A stretch of 64,000 bases of DNA from an uncultured Planctomycetales bacterium. GTDB lineage: Bacteria; Omnitrophota; Gorgyraeia; Zapsychrales; JAHFFX01. The DNA lies in NCBI GenBank assembly GCA_964464475.1, contig CAYXGG010000006.1, positions 16,305 through 80,304 of the forward strand. The letters run 5' to 3'. Both the position numbers and the translations under genes were made by a program. This document shows positions 19,814 to 30,078 of the stretch, piece by piece. Within the stretch, counting starts at the first letter, position 1. Every line of letters starts with the position of its first letter. The notes under the pieces were generated by a model. The model saw only the letters and a list, made by a program, of their open reading frames with translations, was not told the origin of the DNA and did not search any database.

Positions 19814-20192
19814 AGACCCGGTATCGCAATTTTTTCAAATTCAAGGCAGTGGCGGGAGCCAGTAATTTCGAAAACTCTTCAAGGACTCGCAAGGATTCTT
19901 TAATCCGTTGAGCGTTAGCATAGAAAATGTCCCGCGTTTCATTACGCTTACTTTCCAGAGGCAACGTCGCTTTGCCCACGTCCCCGCCAATGTCGCGACT
20001 GGCCAATAGTTCCTCAAACCCAAACTTTATGACGGCGGCGGTTACGTCATGCCGAATTCGTTTAAAAGAGCTGGCGCCGGCCCGATCATCCAAAACAAAC
20101 CGACAAACGTCTTCACACACCCGCAAACCTTCTTTAGCCCGGTTATAATTGGCGTCCAACACCCGCAAAAATTTCCGCTGATCAGCGCGCAC
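19779..20192 (-). CDS. hypothetical protein upstream of thiE, overlapping it by 35 nt
   Basis: 137 aa; no motif recognised with confidence; possibly a ThiE-associated N-terminal-type domain encoded separately. Confidence 0.35.
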   Translation of the reverse strand: MRADQRKFLRVLDANYNRAKEGLRVCEDVCRFVLDDRAGASSFKRIRHDVTAAVIKFGFEELLASRDIGGDVGKATLPLESKRNETRDIFYANAQRIKESLRVLEEFSKLLAPATALNLKKLRYRVYALEQKTFKRL

Positions 20193-20673
20193 GGTGCTTT
20201 ATTTTTTCAATGAGATTCGTCGTGGAAAAATGATCCACGAACTTAATGAATTCGACCTTACCGCCCCGAGACTTGACCACATCGCTACCGGCGACGTCCT
20301 TCCCTTTCCAATCCGCTCCCTTAATCAAAATGTCCGGCTGCAAGTAACCAATCAGCTTAAAAGGCGTCTCTTCAGTAAAAATTGTCACATAGTCAACGCA
20401 GCCTAACGCCGCCATGACCATAGCCCGAGCCTTTTGAGAGTTAACGGGACGGCTAGGCCCTTTTAATTTTCGCACCGACGCGTCGGAATTAAGAGCCACC
20501 ACTAAAACCCGGTCGGGACGTTTGGCTTTTTCCAAATAGGTGACGTGCCCCAAATGCAAAATATCAAAACAACCATTGGTAAACGCGATTTTCTTCCCCT
20601 GGCGTCGGTGGCGTTCCACGTATTTCCTTAACGCGGGCCAGCCTAATATCTTAGCGCTGGATTTATTTATCAC
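20182..20673 (-). CDS. D-glycero-beta-D-manno-heptose 1-phosphate adenylyltransferase (RfaE/HldE domain II type)
   Basis: 163 aa; cytidylyltransferase [10 protein letters not shown] motif. Confidence 0.8.
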   Translation of the reverse strand: MINKSSAKILGWPALRKYVERHRRQGKKIAFTNGCFDILHLGHVTYLEKAKRPDRVLVVALNSDASVRKLKGPSRPVNSQKARAMVMAALGCVDYVTIFTEETPFKLIGYLQPDILIKGADWKGKDVAGSDVVKSRGGKVEFIKFVDHFSTTNLIEKIKHRAR

Positions 20674-21256
20674 TGAATTCCCGCTCCACTAATTCACAAA
20701 CCGTATGATATAGCACCATCTGTGATTCCTGAATTCGGGCCGTTGAATTCGAAGGAACAATTAAATTAATGTCTGCCAGCGGCGCCATTTTTCCACCCCC
20801 ATTCCCCGTCAACGCAATGACCGTCAGTCCCATTTTCTTCGCCTGCTTCATACCTTCAATCACATTGCGGGAGTTACCGCTGGTGGAAATACCAAAGGCA
20901 ATATCACCTTTTTTACCGATCCCTTCGATTTGCCGTGAGAACACAACCTCAAATCCGTAATCGTTACCCAAAGCCGTTAAGATGGAACTGTCCGTCGTCA
21001 AAGCTATCGCCGCCAGAGAGCGTCGCTCTTTTTGAAAACGACCAATAAATTCGGCGGCAATGTGTTGAGAGTCGGCCGCCGAACCGCCATTTCCAAAAAA
21101 AAGAATTTTGCCCCCATGTTTTAATGCCGCAATAATTTCTAAAGCGGCTTTCTCAATGGCATCACTGTTATCTTTAAGCGTCAGTTGTTTAACAGTAATG
21201 GACTCATTAAATATTTCTTGGATACGTTCTTTCATATCTCTCTTTCTTTCAGGCAA
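20663..21256 (-). CDS. gmhA: phosphoheptose isomerase (SIS domain)
   Basis: 197 aa; [11 protein letters not shown] and [11 protein letters not shown] motifs. Confidence 0.85.
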   Translation of the reverse strand: MPERKRDMKERIQEIFNESITVKQLTLKDNSDAIEKAALEIIAALKHGGKILFFGNGGSAADSQHIAAEFIGRFQKERRSLAAIALTTDSSILTALGNDYGFEVVFSRQIEGIGKKGDIAFGISTSGNSRNVIEGMKQAKKMGLTVIALTGNGGGKMAPLADINLIVPSNSTARIQESQMVLYHTVCELVEREFSDK

Positions 21257-22283
21257 AGAAAACTTTCACCATTTCGTTATAAAGCCCCATATCGACTTTT
21301 TTGCGCTCACTCACGGCCTCGGCGATATCGACGTAATGCAGTTTAGCGTCTCGCAAACTTACCATTTTGCCGAACTTCCCTTCTTTGACCAACTCAACGG
21401 CCTTGACGCCAAATCGCGTGCCAATCAGGCGATCATACGCGGTGGGCGTTCCGCCACGTTGGATATAACCCAATACACTCACTCGAGTATCGTATCCCGT
21501 GGCCTGTTCAATGCCCTTGGCCAAAATTTCTCCCACACCGGCGCGACGCAAATAACCGAATTCATCCACGTATTCACGGCTTAGCGCGTGACCGCTAATT
21601 TGGGTTCCTTCTGAAATAACGACAATAGTAAAAGTTTTGCCACGCTTATGACGATTCTTGACAGCGTCGCACACTTCCTGCATATTCACGGTAATTTCGG
21701 GAATCAAGATTAAATCCGCTCCACCCGCGATACCCGCCTCCAAAGCGATCCAGCCGGTGTACAGTCCCATGACCTCAACCACCATGATGCGATGATGACT
21801 TTCGGCAGTGGTATGCAAACGGTCAATACATTCGGTTGCGATATTCACCGCCGTATCAAATCCAAAAGCATAATCCGTTCCGGATAACGCGTTATCAATT
21901 GATTTCGGGACAGCAACGACTTTAATCACTCCCTCACGATGCAATTCCAAAGCGACTTTGAGTGTTTCTTCTCCCCCAACGGCAATAAGGGCGTCTAATC
22001 CCCCTCGCTTGTAATTTTCTCTAATTTTTTTAACCATGTCGTTGGTTGAATCTTTCAGGGGATTGACCCGGCTCGTCCCCAAAATAGTCCCACCCCGATC
22101 CAGGATCCCGGAAATAGCCCGCAAATCAAGGATCCGCATGTCATTATCAACCAAGCCACTCCAGCCGTTCTTAATGCCCGAAACCACAATATTTTCCATC
22201 ATGGCTTTTCGAACGACAGCCCGAATGACCGAGTTAAGTCCAGGGCAATCAGCGCCACCGGTAAGAATTCCTATTTTTTTCAT
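21249..22283 (-). CDS. pfk: 6-phosphofructokinase family protein (atypical active-site motifs)
   Basis: 344 aa; GILTGGADCPGLN N-terminus; GGEET and MGLYTG where ATP-PFKs have GGDGS and MGR. Confidence 0.8.
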   Translation of the reverse strand: MKKIGILTGGADCPGLNSVIRAVVRKAMMENIVVSGIKNGWSGLVDNDMRILDLRAISGILDRGGTILGTSRVNPLKDSTNDMVKKIRENYKRGGLDALIAVGGEETLKVALELHREGVIKVVAVPKSIDNALSGTDYAFGFDTAVNIATECIDRLHTTAESHHRIMVVEVMGLYTGWIALEAGIAGGADLILIPEITVNMQEVCDAVKNRHKRGKTFTIVVISEGTQISGHALSREYVDEFGYLRRAGVGEILAKGIEQATGYDTRVSVLGYIQRGGTPTAYDRLIGTRFGVKAVELVKEGKFGKMVSLRDAKLHYVDIAEAVSERKKVDMGLYNEMVKVFFA

Positions 22284-22297
22284 GAATGTCCTATGGG

Positions 22298-22909
22298 TTA
22301 GGGTCGATATCCCTTAAAGGGGACAGCAGCGGCCGGCGGCGCGTCCAACATCTCCGCCTTAGCTTTCTTTTGTTTGATATCTTCCGTTGAAATCTTAATG
22401 ACATGAATCCGCACAATGACAGATTCATCAATTCCAATCGTGTCCTGAATTTTAGATTTGACTAAATCCTGTAATTGCGCCGTCATTTCGGGAATGTTCA
22501 TATCTGATCTTAAAATGAGACGAATATCTGCTTCTAGACCTTTCTTGGTCGCCAAGACCCCAGATTTAACTTCCTTAATGTCCGGAACACTTAAAATGAC
22601 CCGGCGAATCATATCTTCAAGCGCGTTTAGTGACACCGTGACACGACCGGCAGGATTATCAAAAGCAATCGTTCGCTCCTGCTCATAATTTCCATAAATC
22701 AACCGAGTCGCGAGAAAACTCAATAAGATCATGACCGCGCTGATAATACCGATCACCAACCTGATATCGTTATCGTTATACGCGACGCCCACGTATTCGT
22801 GGATTTGGGGCAACGTGATCGAATGCGCCACAAAAGCAATGGCTAATCCGCTAACCAACCAGACTAACAACATATAAAAAAGTACCGCCGTTCGCGTAAA
22901 AACTCTCAT
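22298..22909 (-). CDS. alkaline-shock-response membrane anchor protein AmaP-like
   Basis: 203 aa; two N-terminal TM segments; downstream of and overlapping the Asp23 gene. Confidence 0.55.
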   Translation of the reverse strand: MRVFTRTAVLFYMLLVWLVSGLAIAFVAHSITLPQIHEYVGVAYNDNDIRLVIGIISAVMILLSFLATRLIYGNYEQERTIAFDNPAGRVTVSLNALEDMIRRVILSVPDIKEVKSGVLATKKGLEADIRLILRSDMNIPEMTAQLQDLVKSKIQDTIGIDESVIVRIHVIKISTEDIKQKKAKAEMLDAPPAAAVPFKGYRP

Positions 22910-23262
22910 TCTTTCCCCCTCTCTATCCCATGGATGTTCACATGAACATCTTTTAGACTTAAATCCACTGTCCGCTCAACCGCGGTGCGGACTGTTTCCT
23001 GAATTTGCCGTCCGATGTCATGGACGCTAATCCCGTAACGGATCATGACTTTAAGTTCAATAGAGACCTGGTTGTTTTTATCAACGGAGACGGAAATGCC
23101 CGGATAGGCACGATACCCTAATAATTCTTTAGCTTTAAAAATAAGATCGGCCGGCATCAGCGCCACTCCATCTAACTCTGCCAACGCCGACACCGCGATA
23201 TCCGCAATCGCCTTTTTATGGATCTGAATGGAACCTAAATCAACCCGGTTGGTATCCATCAT
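22906..23262 (-). CDS. Asp23/Gls24 family protein
   Basis: 118 aa; typical Asp23 fold signature ([15 protein letters not shown]...V.V.V...G). Confidence 0.8.
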   Translation of the reverse strand: MMDTNRVDLGSIQIHKKAIADIAVSALAELDGVALMPADLIFKAKELLGYRAYPGISVSVDKNNQVSIELKVMIRYGISVHDIGRQIQETVRTAVERTVDLSLKDVHVNIHGIERGKE

Positions 23263-24620
23263 TTGTGATCCTCCCCTAAGTTTTTCATCATGTTCTCCAA
23301 GAAATGCGTCGACACCGCACCTTTGACAAACTGTGGATGATTCAATATTTTCTGATGCAAACTGATGGTTGTTTTAATCGGGCTGACATAAAATTCATCT
23401 AACCCCCTCAACATGGTGCGAATGGCTTCATCGCGATTTCGGCCATGCACAATCAATTTGGCCACCATGGAATCATAATACGGACTGATCGTATACCCGG
23501 GATAAATATGGGTGTCTACGCGCACACCAAAACCACCCGGCAAATTCAATTCCTCGATTTTGCCCGGACAAGGCATAAAATTATTACTGGGGTCTTCCGC
23601 ATTAATACGGCATTCAATCGCGTGGCCTCGAAATTTAATATCTTCCTGACGCATTTTAAGCTTCCCACCATAGGCCAAACGGATTTGTTCTTTGACGATG
23701 TCAATCCCCGTCACCATTTCCGTAACGGGATGTTCAACCTGAATGCGGGTGTTCATTTCCATAAAATAAAACTGGCTAGCACCATCCAGCAGAAACTCAA
23801 TCGTTCCGACACCACGGTAGTTCGCCGCTTTGGCAGCTTTGACCGCCACTTCGCCCATTTTCTTGCGCAATTTCTCATCCAGTGCGGGAGAAGGAGATTC
23901 TTCAATTAACTTTTGATGTCGGCGCTGAACGCTGCAATCGCGCTCTCCGAAATGAATAATGTGTCCGTGATTATCCGCCACGATTTGAAATTCGACGTGA
24001 CGAGGATCGGAAATATATTTCTCAATGTAAACGGCTGAGTTACCAAAATTGGCTTCCGCCTCATTTTGCGCCAGTGTAAATTGGGTACGTAAAGTCGCGT
24101 CATTATGACAGACCCGCATACCCTTTCCCCCACCACCTGCCGCCGCTTTAATAATAATCGGATAACGAATCTTCTTGGCTAATTCCAATGCATCGGTGAC
24201 CGACTTAATAACCCCGACGCCGCCAGGAGTGACCGGAACACCAATTTTGCGCATTGTTTCCCGAGCCATGACCTTATCTCCCATCAAACTGATAGTCTGG
24301 TGGCTAGGACCAATAAACGTAATGTGGCATTCCTCGCAAACCTGAGCAAAATGAGCGTTTTCGGAAAGAAAGCCATAGCCAGGGTGGATCGCTTCGACAT
24401 CCGTTATCTCGGCTGCCGAAATAATGGCCGGAATATTCAAATAGCTTTCTTTGCTGGGAGCATTTCCGATGCAAACAGCTTCATCCGCAAAGCGGACGTG
24501 AGCCGATGTCCGGTCAGCCTGAGAATAGACAGCGACCGTACGAATTCCCATTTCCTTGCAAGCCCGAATGACACGCAAAGCAATTTCGCCACGATTGGCA
24601 ATTAATATTTTAGAAAACAT
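23259..24620 (-). CDS. accC: acetyl-CoA carboxylase biotin carboxylase subunit
   Basis: 453 aa; ATP-grasp; canonical AccC sequence. Confidence 0.97.
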   Translation of the reverse strand: MFSKILIANRGEIALRVIRACKEMGIRTVAVYSQADRTSAHVRFADEAVCIGNAPSKESYLNIPAIISAAEITDVEAIHPGYGFLSENAHFAQVCEECHITFIGPSHQTISLMGDKVMARETMRKIGVPVTPGGVGVIKSVTDALELAKKIRYPIIIKAAAGGGGKGMRVCHNDATLRTQFTLAQNEAEANFGNSAVYIEKYISDPRHVEFQIVADNHGHIIHFGERDCSVQRRHQKLIEESPSPALDEKLRKKMGEVAVKAAKAANYRGVGTIEFLLDGASQFYFMEMNTRIQVEHPVTEMVTGIDIVKEQIRLAYGGKLKMRQEDIKFRGHAIECRINAEDPSNNFMPCPGKIEELNLPGGFGVRVDTHIYPGYTISPYYDSMVAKLIVHGRNRDEAIRTMLRGLDEFYVSPIKTTISLHQKILNHPQFVKGAVSTHFLENMMKNLGEDHK

Positions 24621-24632
24621 AAATTTTTAGAA

Positions 24633-25100
24633 TTAAAGCGGTTCGACGGCAAACAACTGTTGACCGAATTCGACGGGTTCGGCGTTCTGGACGGAGACTT
24701 CCACGATCTTACCGCGTACTTCCGATTTGATTTCATTCATCAACTTCATGGCTTCAATGATGCAAACAACCTGACCAATCTCAACAATTTGTCCGACATC
24801 CGCAAACGCTGGTGCCTCCGGAGAAGGCGCGCGGTAAAAAGTCCCCACCATGGGAGATACGATGGCTTTGGTGGGTTTCTCCAAACTAGCGGCAGAAGCG
24901 GTGGAGGCTTGCTCTAAATTTTTGGGAGGGTTTAGTGTTTCTAGACGGTATTCAACCGGACGGCGGGGAAAAGCATCTTGAGGAGCATCAACTACTGATT
25001 TTCTTAATTTAATTTTTGAACCTTCTTTTTCAACCTCAATTTCCGCGAGATCGTTATCATTCATCAAATTAATCAGCTCTTTGATTTCCTTTAGGTTCAT
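24633..25100 (-). CDS. accB: biotin carboxyl carrier protein
   Basis: 155 aa; C-terminal biotinyl domain EAMKLMNEI. Confidence 0.9.
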   Translation of the reverse strand: MNLKEIKELINLMNDNDLAEIEVEKEGSKIKLRKSVVDAPQDAFPRRPVEYRLETLNPPKNLEQASTASAASLEKPTKAIVSPMVGTFYRAPSPEAPAFADVGQIVEIGQVVCIIEAMKLMNEIKSEVRGKIVEVSVQNAEPVEFGQQLFAVEPL

Positions 25101-25663
25101 TTTTGGACCCTTTCAACATAAACCCCGTCGCGGGTATCAATTTTCACCCAATCACCCTGGTTAATAAATAATGGCACCAGAACACTGGCCCCTGTGTCCA
25201 GTTTAGCTGGCTTGGTACTCGATTTGGACGAATCACCTTTAACGCCCGGCTCGGTTTCAGCAATCTGCGCCACGATAAAGTTAGCAATCACAATCTTTTG
25301 CAATTTGTGACCAAAAAGAATCGCCGAAACTTCCATATTGTCCTGCAAATAATCAATTGCGTGCCCCATCTGTTCCCTGCTGATAGTCAAGTCCTCATAG
25401 GTCTCTTTGTCCATAAAATGGAACGTGTCGCCAGAATTGTATTGGTAAATAAATTTACGTTCTTCGAGGAAGGCTTGTTCTATTTTATCGGAATTACGGA
25501 AGGTTTTGTCCAAAACGGCATCGGTCTTGATGTTCTTTAATTTGGCGCGGACAAAAGCGGCCCCTTTACCGGGTTTGACATGCTGGGCGTCGGCCACCAT
25601 CCAAATTTCATTATTCATTTCTAACGCGACCCCCACCTTAACATCGGAAATATCAATTAACAC
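25097..25663 (-). CDS. efp: elongation factor P
   Basis: 188 aa; KPGKGAAFVRAKLKN motif. Confidence 0.95.
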   Translation of the reverse strand: MLIDISDVKVGVALEMNNEIWMVADAQHVKPGKGAAFVRAKLKNIKTDAVLDKTFRNSDKIEQAFLEERKFIYQYNSGDTFHFMDKETYEDLTISREQMGHAIDYLQDNMEVSAILFGHKLQKIVIANFIVAQIAETEPGVKGDSSKSSTKPAKLDTGASVLVPLFINQGDWVKIDTRDGVYVERVQK

Positions 25664-26705
25664 TTAACACCTCACATCCTTTTTTCGTCACTAAAACCAT
25701 ATCTTCGATTCTTATCCCAAATTTACCCGGCAAATAGACACCCGGTTCAACGGTAACTATCATATTTTCTTTGAGCGGTTCATGATTTTGGGAGGATAAT
25801 CGCGGACCTTCATGAATCTCCAACCCCACTCCATGTCCTAAAGAATGACCGAAATATTGGCCTAACCTTTTGCTCTTTAAATAATTACGCGCTTGAGCGT
25901 CAACCTCGCTAGCCTTCACCCCGCTCGCTATCGAGGCAATCGCTTTTTGCTGCGCTACCCCTACGTGCTGATAAACTTCCCTAACGAGGCGCGGTATTTT
26001 ACCTAGAAAGAAAATGCGTGTCAAGTCGGACTTATACCCATTAATTTCCATTCCACAATCGATCAAAACCGGTTCATTTGCTTTGAGTTTGCGCTCTGTT
26101 ACTTTAGCGTGCGGTAAGCACGAATTGGGTCCGGAAGCGATAATCGGGGGGAAAGAAAAACCCGCATGATGGCGCTTCACGAATTGTTCCAGCCTACGTA
26201 ACAGCTCTAATTCGCTCATTCCAATTTTTAAGCTTCGCTCTAGATGATTATACGCCTGGTGATGGAGCTTAAGCGCTTGGCGAACCAGCGCTATTTCATG
26301 TCGATCCTTGATTTCGCGTAACTCTTCCACTAAGCCGTTGGCTGCGGCAAGCTTAATCCCGGCAGGTCGATGCTTATTTAACGTATTAAATCCGGCCAAA
26401 CTAATATGGCGTTCATCAAGTCCTAAAATCCTGACTCGGTTAGTTTGTGCGACTTCAAAAGCTCCCTGAGCGAGTGAATGGCGATATTGTTTGACGGGTA
26501 TGCCTCTTAAACCCTTCTGGGCCTCCAACACATAACGGAAGTCTGTGATAAAAAAAGACTTCCTGGGGGTCACTAATAACCAGGACTCAGACGCAGGAAA
26601 CCCGGTCAAATAGCGAATATTAACATCTTTAGTGACTAGATAGGCGTCTAAACGACGGCGGGCAAGACTTTCACTAAGCTGCTTAAGGCGAGTGTTCACG
26701 GCCAT
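25653..26705 (-). CDS. pepP: Xaa-Pro aminopeptidase (M24B)
   Basis: Start chosen at MAVNTRL (26705), ATGA-coupled to aroQ; HGVGLEIHE and M24 metal ligands. Confidence 0.85.
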   Translation of the reverse strand: MAVNTRLKQLSESLARRRLDAYLVTKDVNIRYLTGFPASESWLLVTPRKSFFITDFRYVLEAQKGLRGIPVKQYRHSLAQGAFEVAQTNRVRILGLDERHISLAGFNTLNKHRPAGIKLAAANGLVEELREIKDRHEIALVRQALKLHHQAYNHLERSLKIGMSELELLRRLEQFVKRHHAGFSFPPIIASGPNSCLPHAKVTERKLKANEPVLIDCGMEINGYKSDLTRIFFLGKIPRLVREVYQHVGVAQQKAIASIASGVKASEVDAQARNYLKSKRLGQYFGHSLGHGVGLEIHEGPRLSSQNHEPLKENMIVTVEPGVYLPGKFGIRIEDMVLVTKKGCEVLSVN

Positions 26706-27139
26706 CAAAAGATTAAGGCCTTTGCGGCTTCCAGACCCAACAAATAACTGTTGACCCCGAACCCGCAAATCTGCCCCTTGGCGACAGGGGCGATTAACGA
26801 TTTGTGGCGAAATTCTTCACGCGCATGAATATTAGATAAATGCACTTCTACGGTAGGAATACTGACCGCGGCAACCGCGTCCCGAATCGCCACGCTGGTA
26901 TGCGTGTAGGCGGCGGGGTTAATCACGATGGCGGCAAATTTGGACTTCTTCGCACTGCCGATTAAATCCACAATCTCACCTTCATGGTTAGACTGAACGC
27001 AGGTTAAGGACACTTTTGGACCAGCCGCTTTCTTCAGCAGACGATTAATCTCTTCCAGCGTCGTAGTCCCATAAACATCTTTTTCTCGAGTTCCCAGCAG
27101 GTTAAGATTGGGACCATGAATAACCAATATCTTTTTCAA
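26705..27139 (-). CDS. aroQ: type II 3-dehydroquinate dehydratase
   Basis: 144 aa; [17 protein letters not shown]-terminal signature. Confidence 0.9.
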   Translation of the reverse strand: MKKILVIHGPNLNLLGTREKDVYGTTTLEEINRLLKKAAGPKVSLTCVQSNHEGEIVDLIGSAKKSKFAAIVINPAAYTHTSVAIRDAVAAVSIPTVEVHLSNIHAREEFRHKSLIAPVAKGQICGFGVNSYLLGLEAAKALIF

Positions 27140-27150
27140 AACGTTACTCC

Positions 27151-27306
27151 TTATTTTTCAGCCTCGTCCACCAGCATCACCGGAATTCCATTCTTAATGG
27201 GATATTTGCGAGCGCATTTCAGACAGAGTATTTTATCTTCCTTTAACTCGACGTCCCCTTGGCAAGCGGGACAAGCCAAAATGGCGAGTAATTGTTTGTC
27301 GATCAT
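27151..27306 (-). CDS. Trm112-like small zinc-ribbon protein (DUF343/UPF0434)
   Basis: 51-aa ORF missing from the track: [51 protein letters not shown]; ATGA overlap with the upstream gene. Confidence 0.6.
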   Translation of the reverse strand: MIDKQLLAILACPACQGDVELKEDKILCLKCARKYPIKNGIPVMLVDEAEK

Positions 27307-27722
27307 GCCCCGCCCTCCTGCTTTGCCAATTCTACAAAACGCATCTGTAATTCATACAAAGAAGCGTTGAGGGTATCTTCTTCTTGTTTATTCAGATTTC
27401 CACGAGTCTTATGTCGCAATAATACCAATGTCTCAATAAAAATCTTAGCCTGCCGTAAATCCTTTTCCGGCAAACCCGAAGCTGGATGAGGCACTTCCCC
27501 CAAGAAAATCATGGCCTGATAGGCCAAACTGGACAAATATTCAATAAAGCTGATTTCCGTTTGTGGATCCGGAGGAACTTCTTTTTTAGCGGTAGATTCT
27601 ATAGCTTGAGAATTTCCAGCTAAGGCACTTTGGGCAGAGGAAGGCTCGACATGACGCGCCTTGCGCTGTTCTTCGGCTACGGTATCTTTCCAGGATTCAT
27701 CAACGTATTTTTCTTTTTCCAT
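27303..27722 (-). CDS. DUF1844-like protein
   Basis: 139 aa; FIEYLSSLAYQAMIFLGEVPHPASG...AKIFIETLVLLRHKTRGNL resembles the DUF1844 core. Confidence 0.45.
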   Translation of the reverse strand: MEKEKYVDESWKDTVAEEQRKARHVEPSSAQSALAGNSQAIESTAKKEVPPDPQTEISFIEYLSSLAYQAMIFLGEVPHPASGLPEKDLRQAKIFIETLVLLRHKTRGNLNKQEEDTLNASLYELQMRFVELAKQEGGA

Positions 27723-27816
27723 CTCTTTTCACCTTACTCAAAAGTGTGATTACCTTAACATTACCCTCGAGGATTGTCAACCGACCAGGAATCAATCTCA
27801 AGAATCACTTACTGAT

Positions 27817-28530
27817 TTATTTAGCAGTCTTTTGTTTTAATTCAAAAGAAATTTCCACGTTAAAAGAAAGCTCCGGATATTTCAAATCAGGTGGGAACGG
27901 TGGAAATGGATTTGATTCCCGGATGCTTTTTAAACCAATGTTACGCAGATTAGACTGAGCACTGGTTTTCTCTTCGATCAATTTAAGCTGTTTCAGAGTA
28001 CCGTCCGCGAGCAAAACAAAGGTTAAATAAACTTGCCCGGATTCCGAATCAACGTAATTCCGGTAAGCTTCGTTTCTGATCTTAGTACGCACCAGCTGAT
28101 AGTAATTTAAATAAAAAGGGTTATTAATTTTTTCCGACTTCAGAGGAGGAATGGTAATTCGTCGCTCCACAGGCAAACGATCCAGTTGTACCGGTTTATT
28201 GGTTAAGCTAATCTGCGAAGACAACTTATTAACTTCCTTGATGACCGGTGAATTCGTTGCTGTCTTTTTGAGCAAAACCTTATCATCAGTCAACTTCTCT
28301 TTCTTTAAAGTTTTTATTTCTTCATTCTTTGACTTATCATTGCCTTCCTTGGCCGCCACCTTTTTCTTTTGCTGATACGCCACTTCAATGAGCTTCATAT
28401 CTTTTTTAGGTTTGACCAGCTGCACAAAAGGCACCTTGGGCAGCAACATTAAGTGCACCATTAACGACGCACCTAACGTATACAGCAACAAACGATTACC
28501 TAAAGGAATTCTTTGGGCGACGGAGTACAT
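27817..28530 (-). CDS. TonB-family C-terminal-domain protein (putative)
   Basis: 237 aa; N-terminal TM, Lys-rich linker, C-terminal region with TonB-CTD-like pattern. Confidence 0.4.
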   Translation of the reverse strand: MYSVAQRIPLGNRLLLYTLGASLMVHLMLLPKVPFVQLVKPKKDMKLIEVAYQQKKKVAAKEGNDKSKNEEIKTLKKEKLTDDKVLLKKTATNSPVIKEVNKLSSQISLTNKPVQLDRLPVERRITIPPLKSEKINNPFYLNYYQLVRTKIRNEAYRNYVDSESGQVYLTFVLLADGTLKQLKLIEEKTSAQSNLRNIGLKSIRESNPFPPFPPDLKYPELSFNVEISFELKQKTAK

Positions 28531-28531
28531 A

Positions 28532-29230
28532 TCAATTTCGGGACAGTAATTGCCGTAAGAAAAACTTAATAAATCGTAAAGTATCCTTGAGGGGATTAAT
28601 TTTGCTCACCTCATCTTGATAAATGGTCTTAATCGGAATGGAATGAATCCGAAAACCTTTCCTGGCCGCTTTCATTAATATCTCTGTCTCAATTTCATAG
28701 TCCGAAGTAGCCAGTTGAATTTGTTCTAAGACATTAACGCTGACAAGTCTATAACCGCATTGTGTATCCGGGATTTTCTGACCACAAGCCAACGATATCA
28801 GACCCGACATCAACCGGTTGGTCCAAAACCTTAATTTGGGCATCCCTTCAGGATTTTCTAACCGTGTGCCAGCAATAATACTATTCGGATATTTTTGTGC
28901 CGCCGACAAAAAAGCGTCAATGTCCTCTAGCGCATGCTGGCCATCACCATCCATCATCAGAACGGCATCAAACCCATTTTGTGTCGCATAGGCAAAACCA
29001 TCGCGCAACGACTGCCCTTTTCCCTGTCGAGTTCCGTGTCGGATCACCAGTGCCCCTTGCTGCCTAGCCAACTCTCCCGATTCATCGGTTGAGCCATCAT
29101 CAATAACCAAAACTTCGAGCGACCGCTTTCTTAGTCCGGAAACAAGCGACGCTATTGTTTTGGCTTCATTCAGAGCCGGAATTAATACACATATTTTCAT
29201 GACACCCAAAACTCCCGGAACATCAACCAC
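28532..29230 (-). CDS. family 2 glycosyltransferase (DPM1/GtrB-like)
   Basis: 232 aa; ALNEA...DDGSTD...MDGDGQH (DxD) motifs. Confidence 0.8.
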   Translation of the reverse strand: MVDVPGVLGVMKICVLIPALNEAKTIASLVSGLRKRSLEVLVIDDGSTDESGELARQQGALVIRHGTRQGKGQSLRDGFAYATQNGFDAVLMMDGDGQHALEDIDAFLSAAQKYPNSIIAGTRLENPEGMPKLRFWTNRLMSGLISLACGQKIPDTQCGYRLVSVNVLEQIQLATSDYEIETEILMKAARKGFRIHSIPIKTIYQDEVSKINPLKDTLRFIKFFLRQLLSRN

Positions 29231-30078
29231 TGCGTGGGGAACTGCCGAATTTTCTCTTCAATAACCTGCGTATGGCGTTGCATTAAACCACGTAAGGCTT
29301 CATCCTCAATCTGGCCATCTACCCGGTCAGGAGGAAAAATTGGCGGATCAAAAATCAGTTCAAACTGCCCCTCAGCGGTTCTCACCAAAAAAGTTGGTAA
29401 AATCGGCGCGCCGGTCCGGAACGAAAATACCGCCGCTCCTTTAGGAATTATCGCTTGCTTACCTAAAAAGTTAAGCTTCTCCCCGTGCTTCGTAAAGTCA
29501 CGATCAGCGAGGAGAGCGATAATTTTATTTTCTTTAAGAACCTCCATGCATCGCCGCACCGCGTTATTAGATGGGATGATTTCGATCCCGTGAGTTTCTC
29601 GTTGTTCATTGAATAAATCATTAACCGGGCGTTCTTTATGCGGCAAAGCAATGGCGGCAAAAGGATACCCCAACCGACTTAAAACAACAGCGCCTAATTC
29701 CCAGTTACCTATATGTGCGGTCAATAAAATAACGCCTTTTTTCAACTTGAGAATCTCATCCAAGAGTTGTCGGTTACGAATCACCACATGATCTTGGATA
29801 AATTCTTTGTTGACGGTTCTGGCCATCCGAAAAAAATCGACCAGGTATTTACCAAAATTACGAAAAACTTCCCGAGAAAGCTGCGGTAAATCCGGCCGAC
29901 TCCCCATAATGAGCCGCAAATTCCGTCTGACGGCGCGCCGGTCACGCGGGGAGAAATAATACTGTAAATCGGAAAAGAACGAAGCGAACTGATAGGAACC
30001 TTTCAAAGAAAGGTGGTTAACGATAAACTGACCAATTTTATAAAGAAGAAATTTAAACATCCTTGAGTGCCGCCTCAA
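29197..30078 (-). CDS. lysophospholipid/lipid A late acyltransferase family (LpxL/HtrB-like LPLAT)
   Basis: 293 aa; HIGNWE (HX4E-type acyltransferase motif). Confidence 0.7.
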   Translation of the reverse strand: MRRHSRMFKFLLYKIGQFIVNHLSLKGSYQFASFFSDLQYYFSPRDRRAVRRNLRLIMGSRPDLPQLSREVFRNFGKYLVDFFRMARTVNKEFIQDHVVIRNRQLLDEILKLKKGVILLTAHIGNWELGAVVLSRLGYPFAAIALPHKERPVNDLFNEQRETHGIEIIPSNNAVRRCMEVLKENKIIALLADRDFTKHGEKLNFLGKQAIIPKGAAVFSFRTGAPILPTFLVRTAEGQFELIFDPPIFPPDRVDGQIEDEALRGLMQRHTQVIEEKIRQFPTQWLMFREFWVS

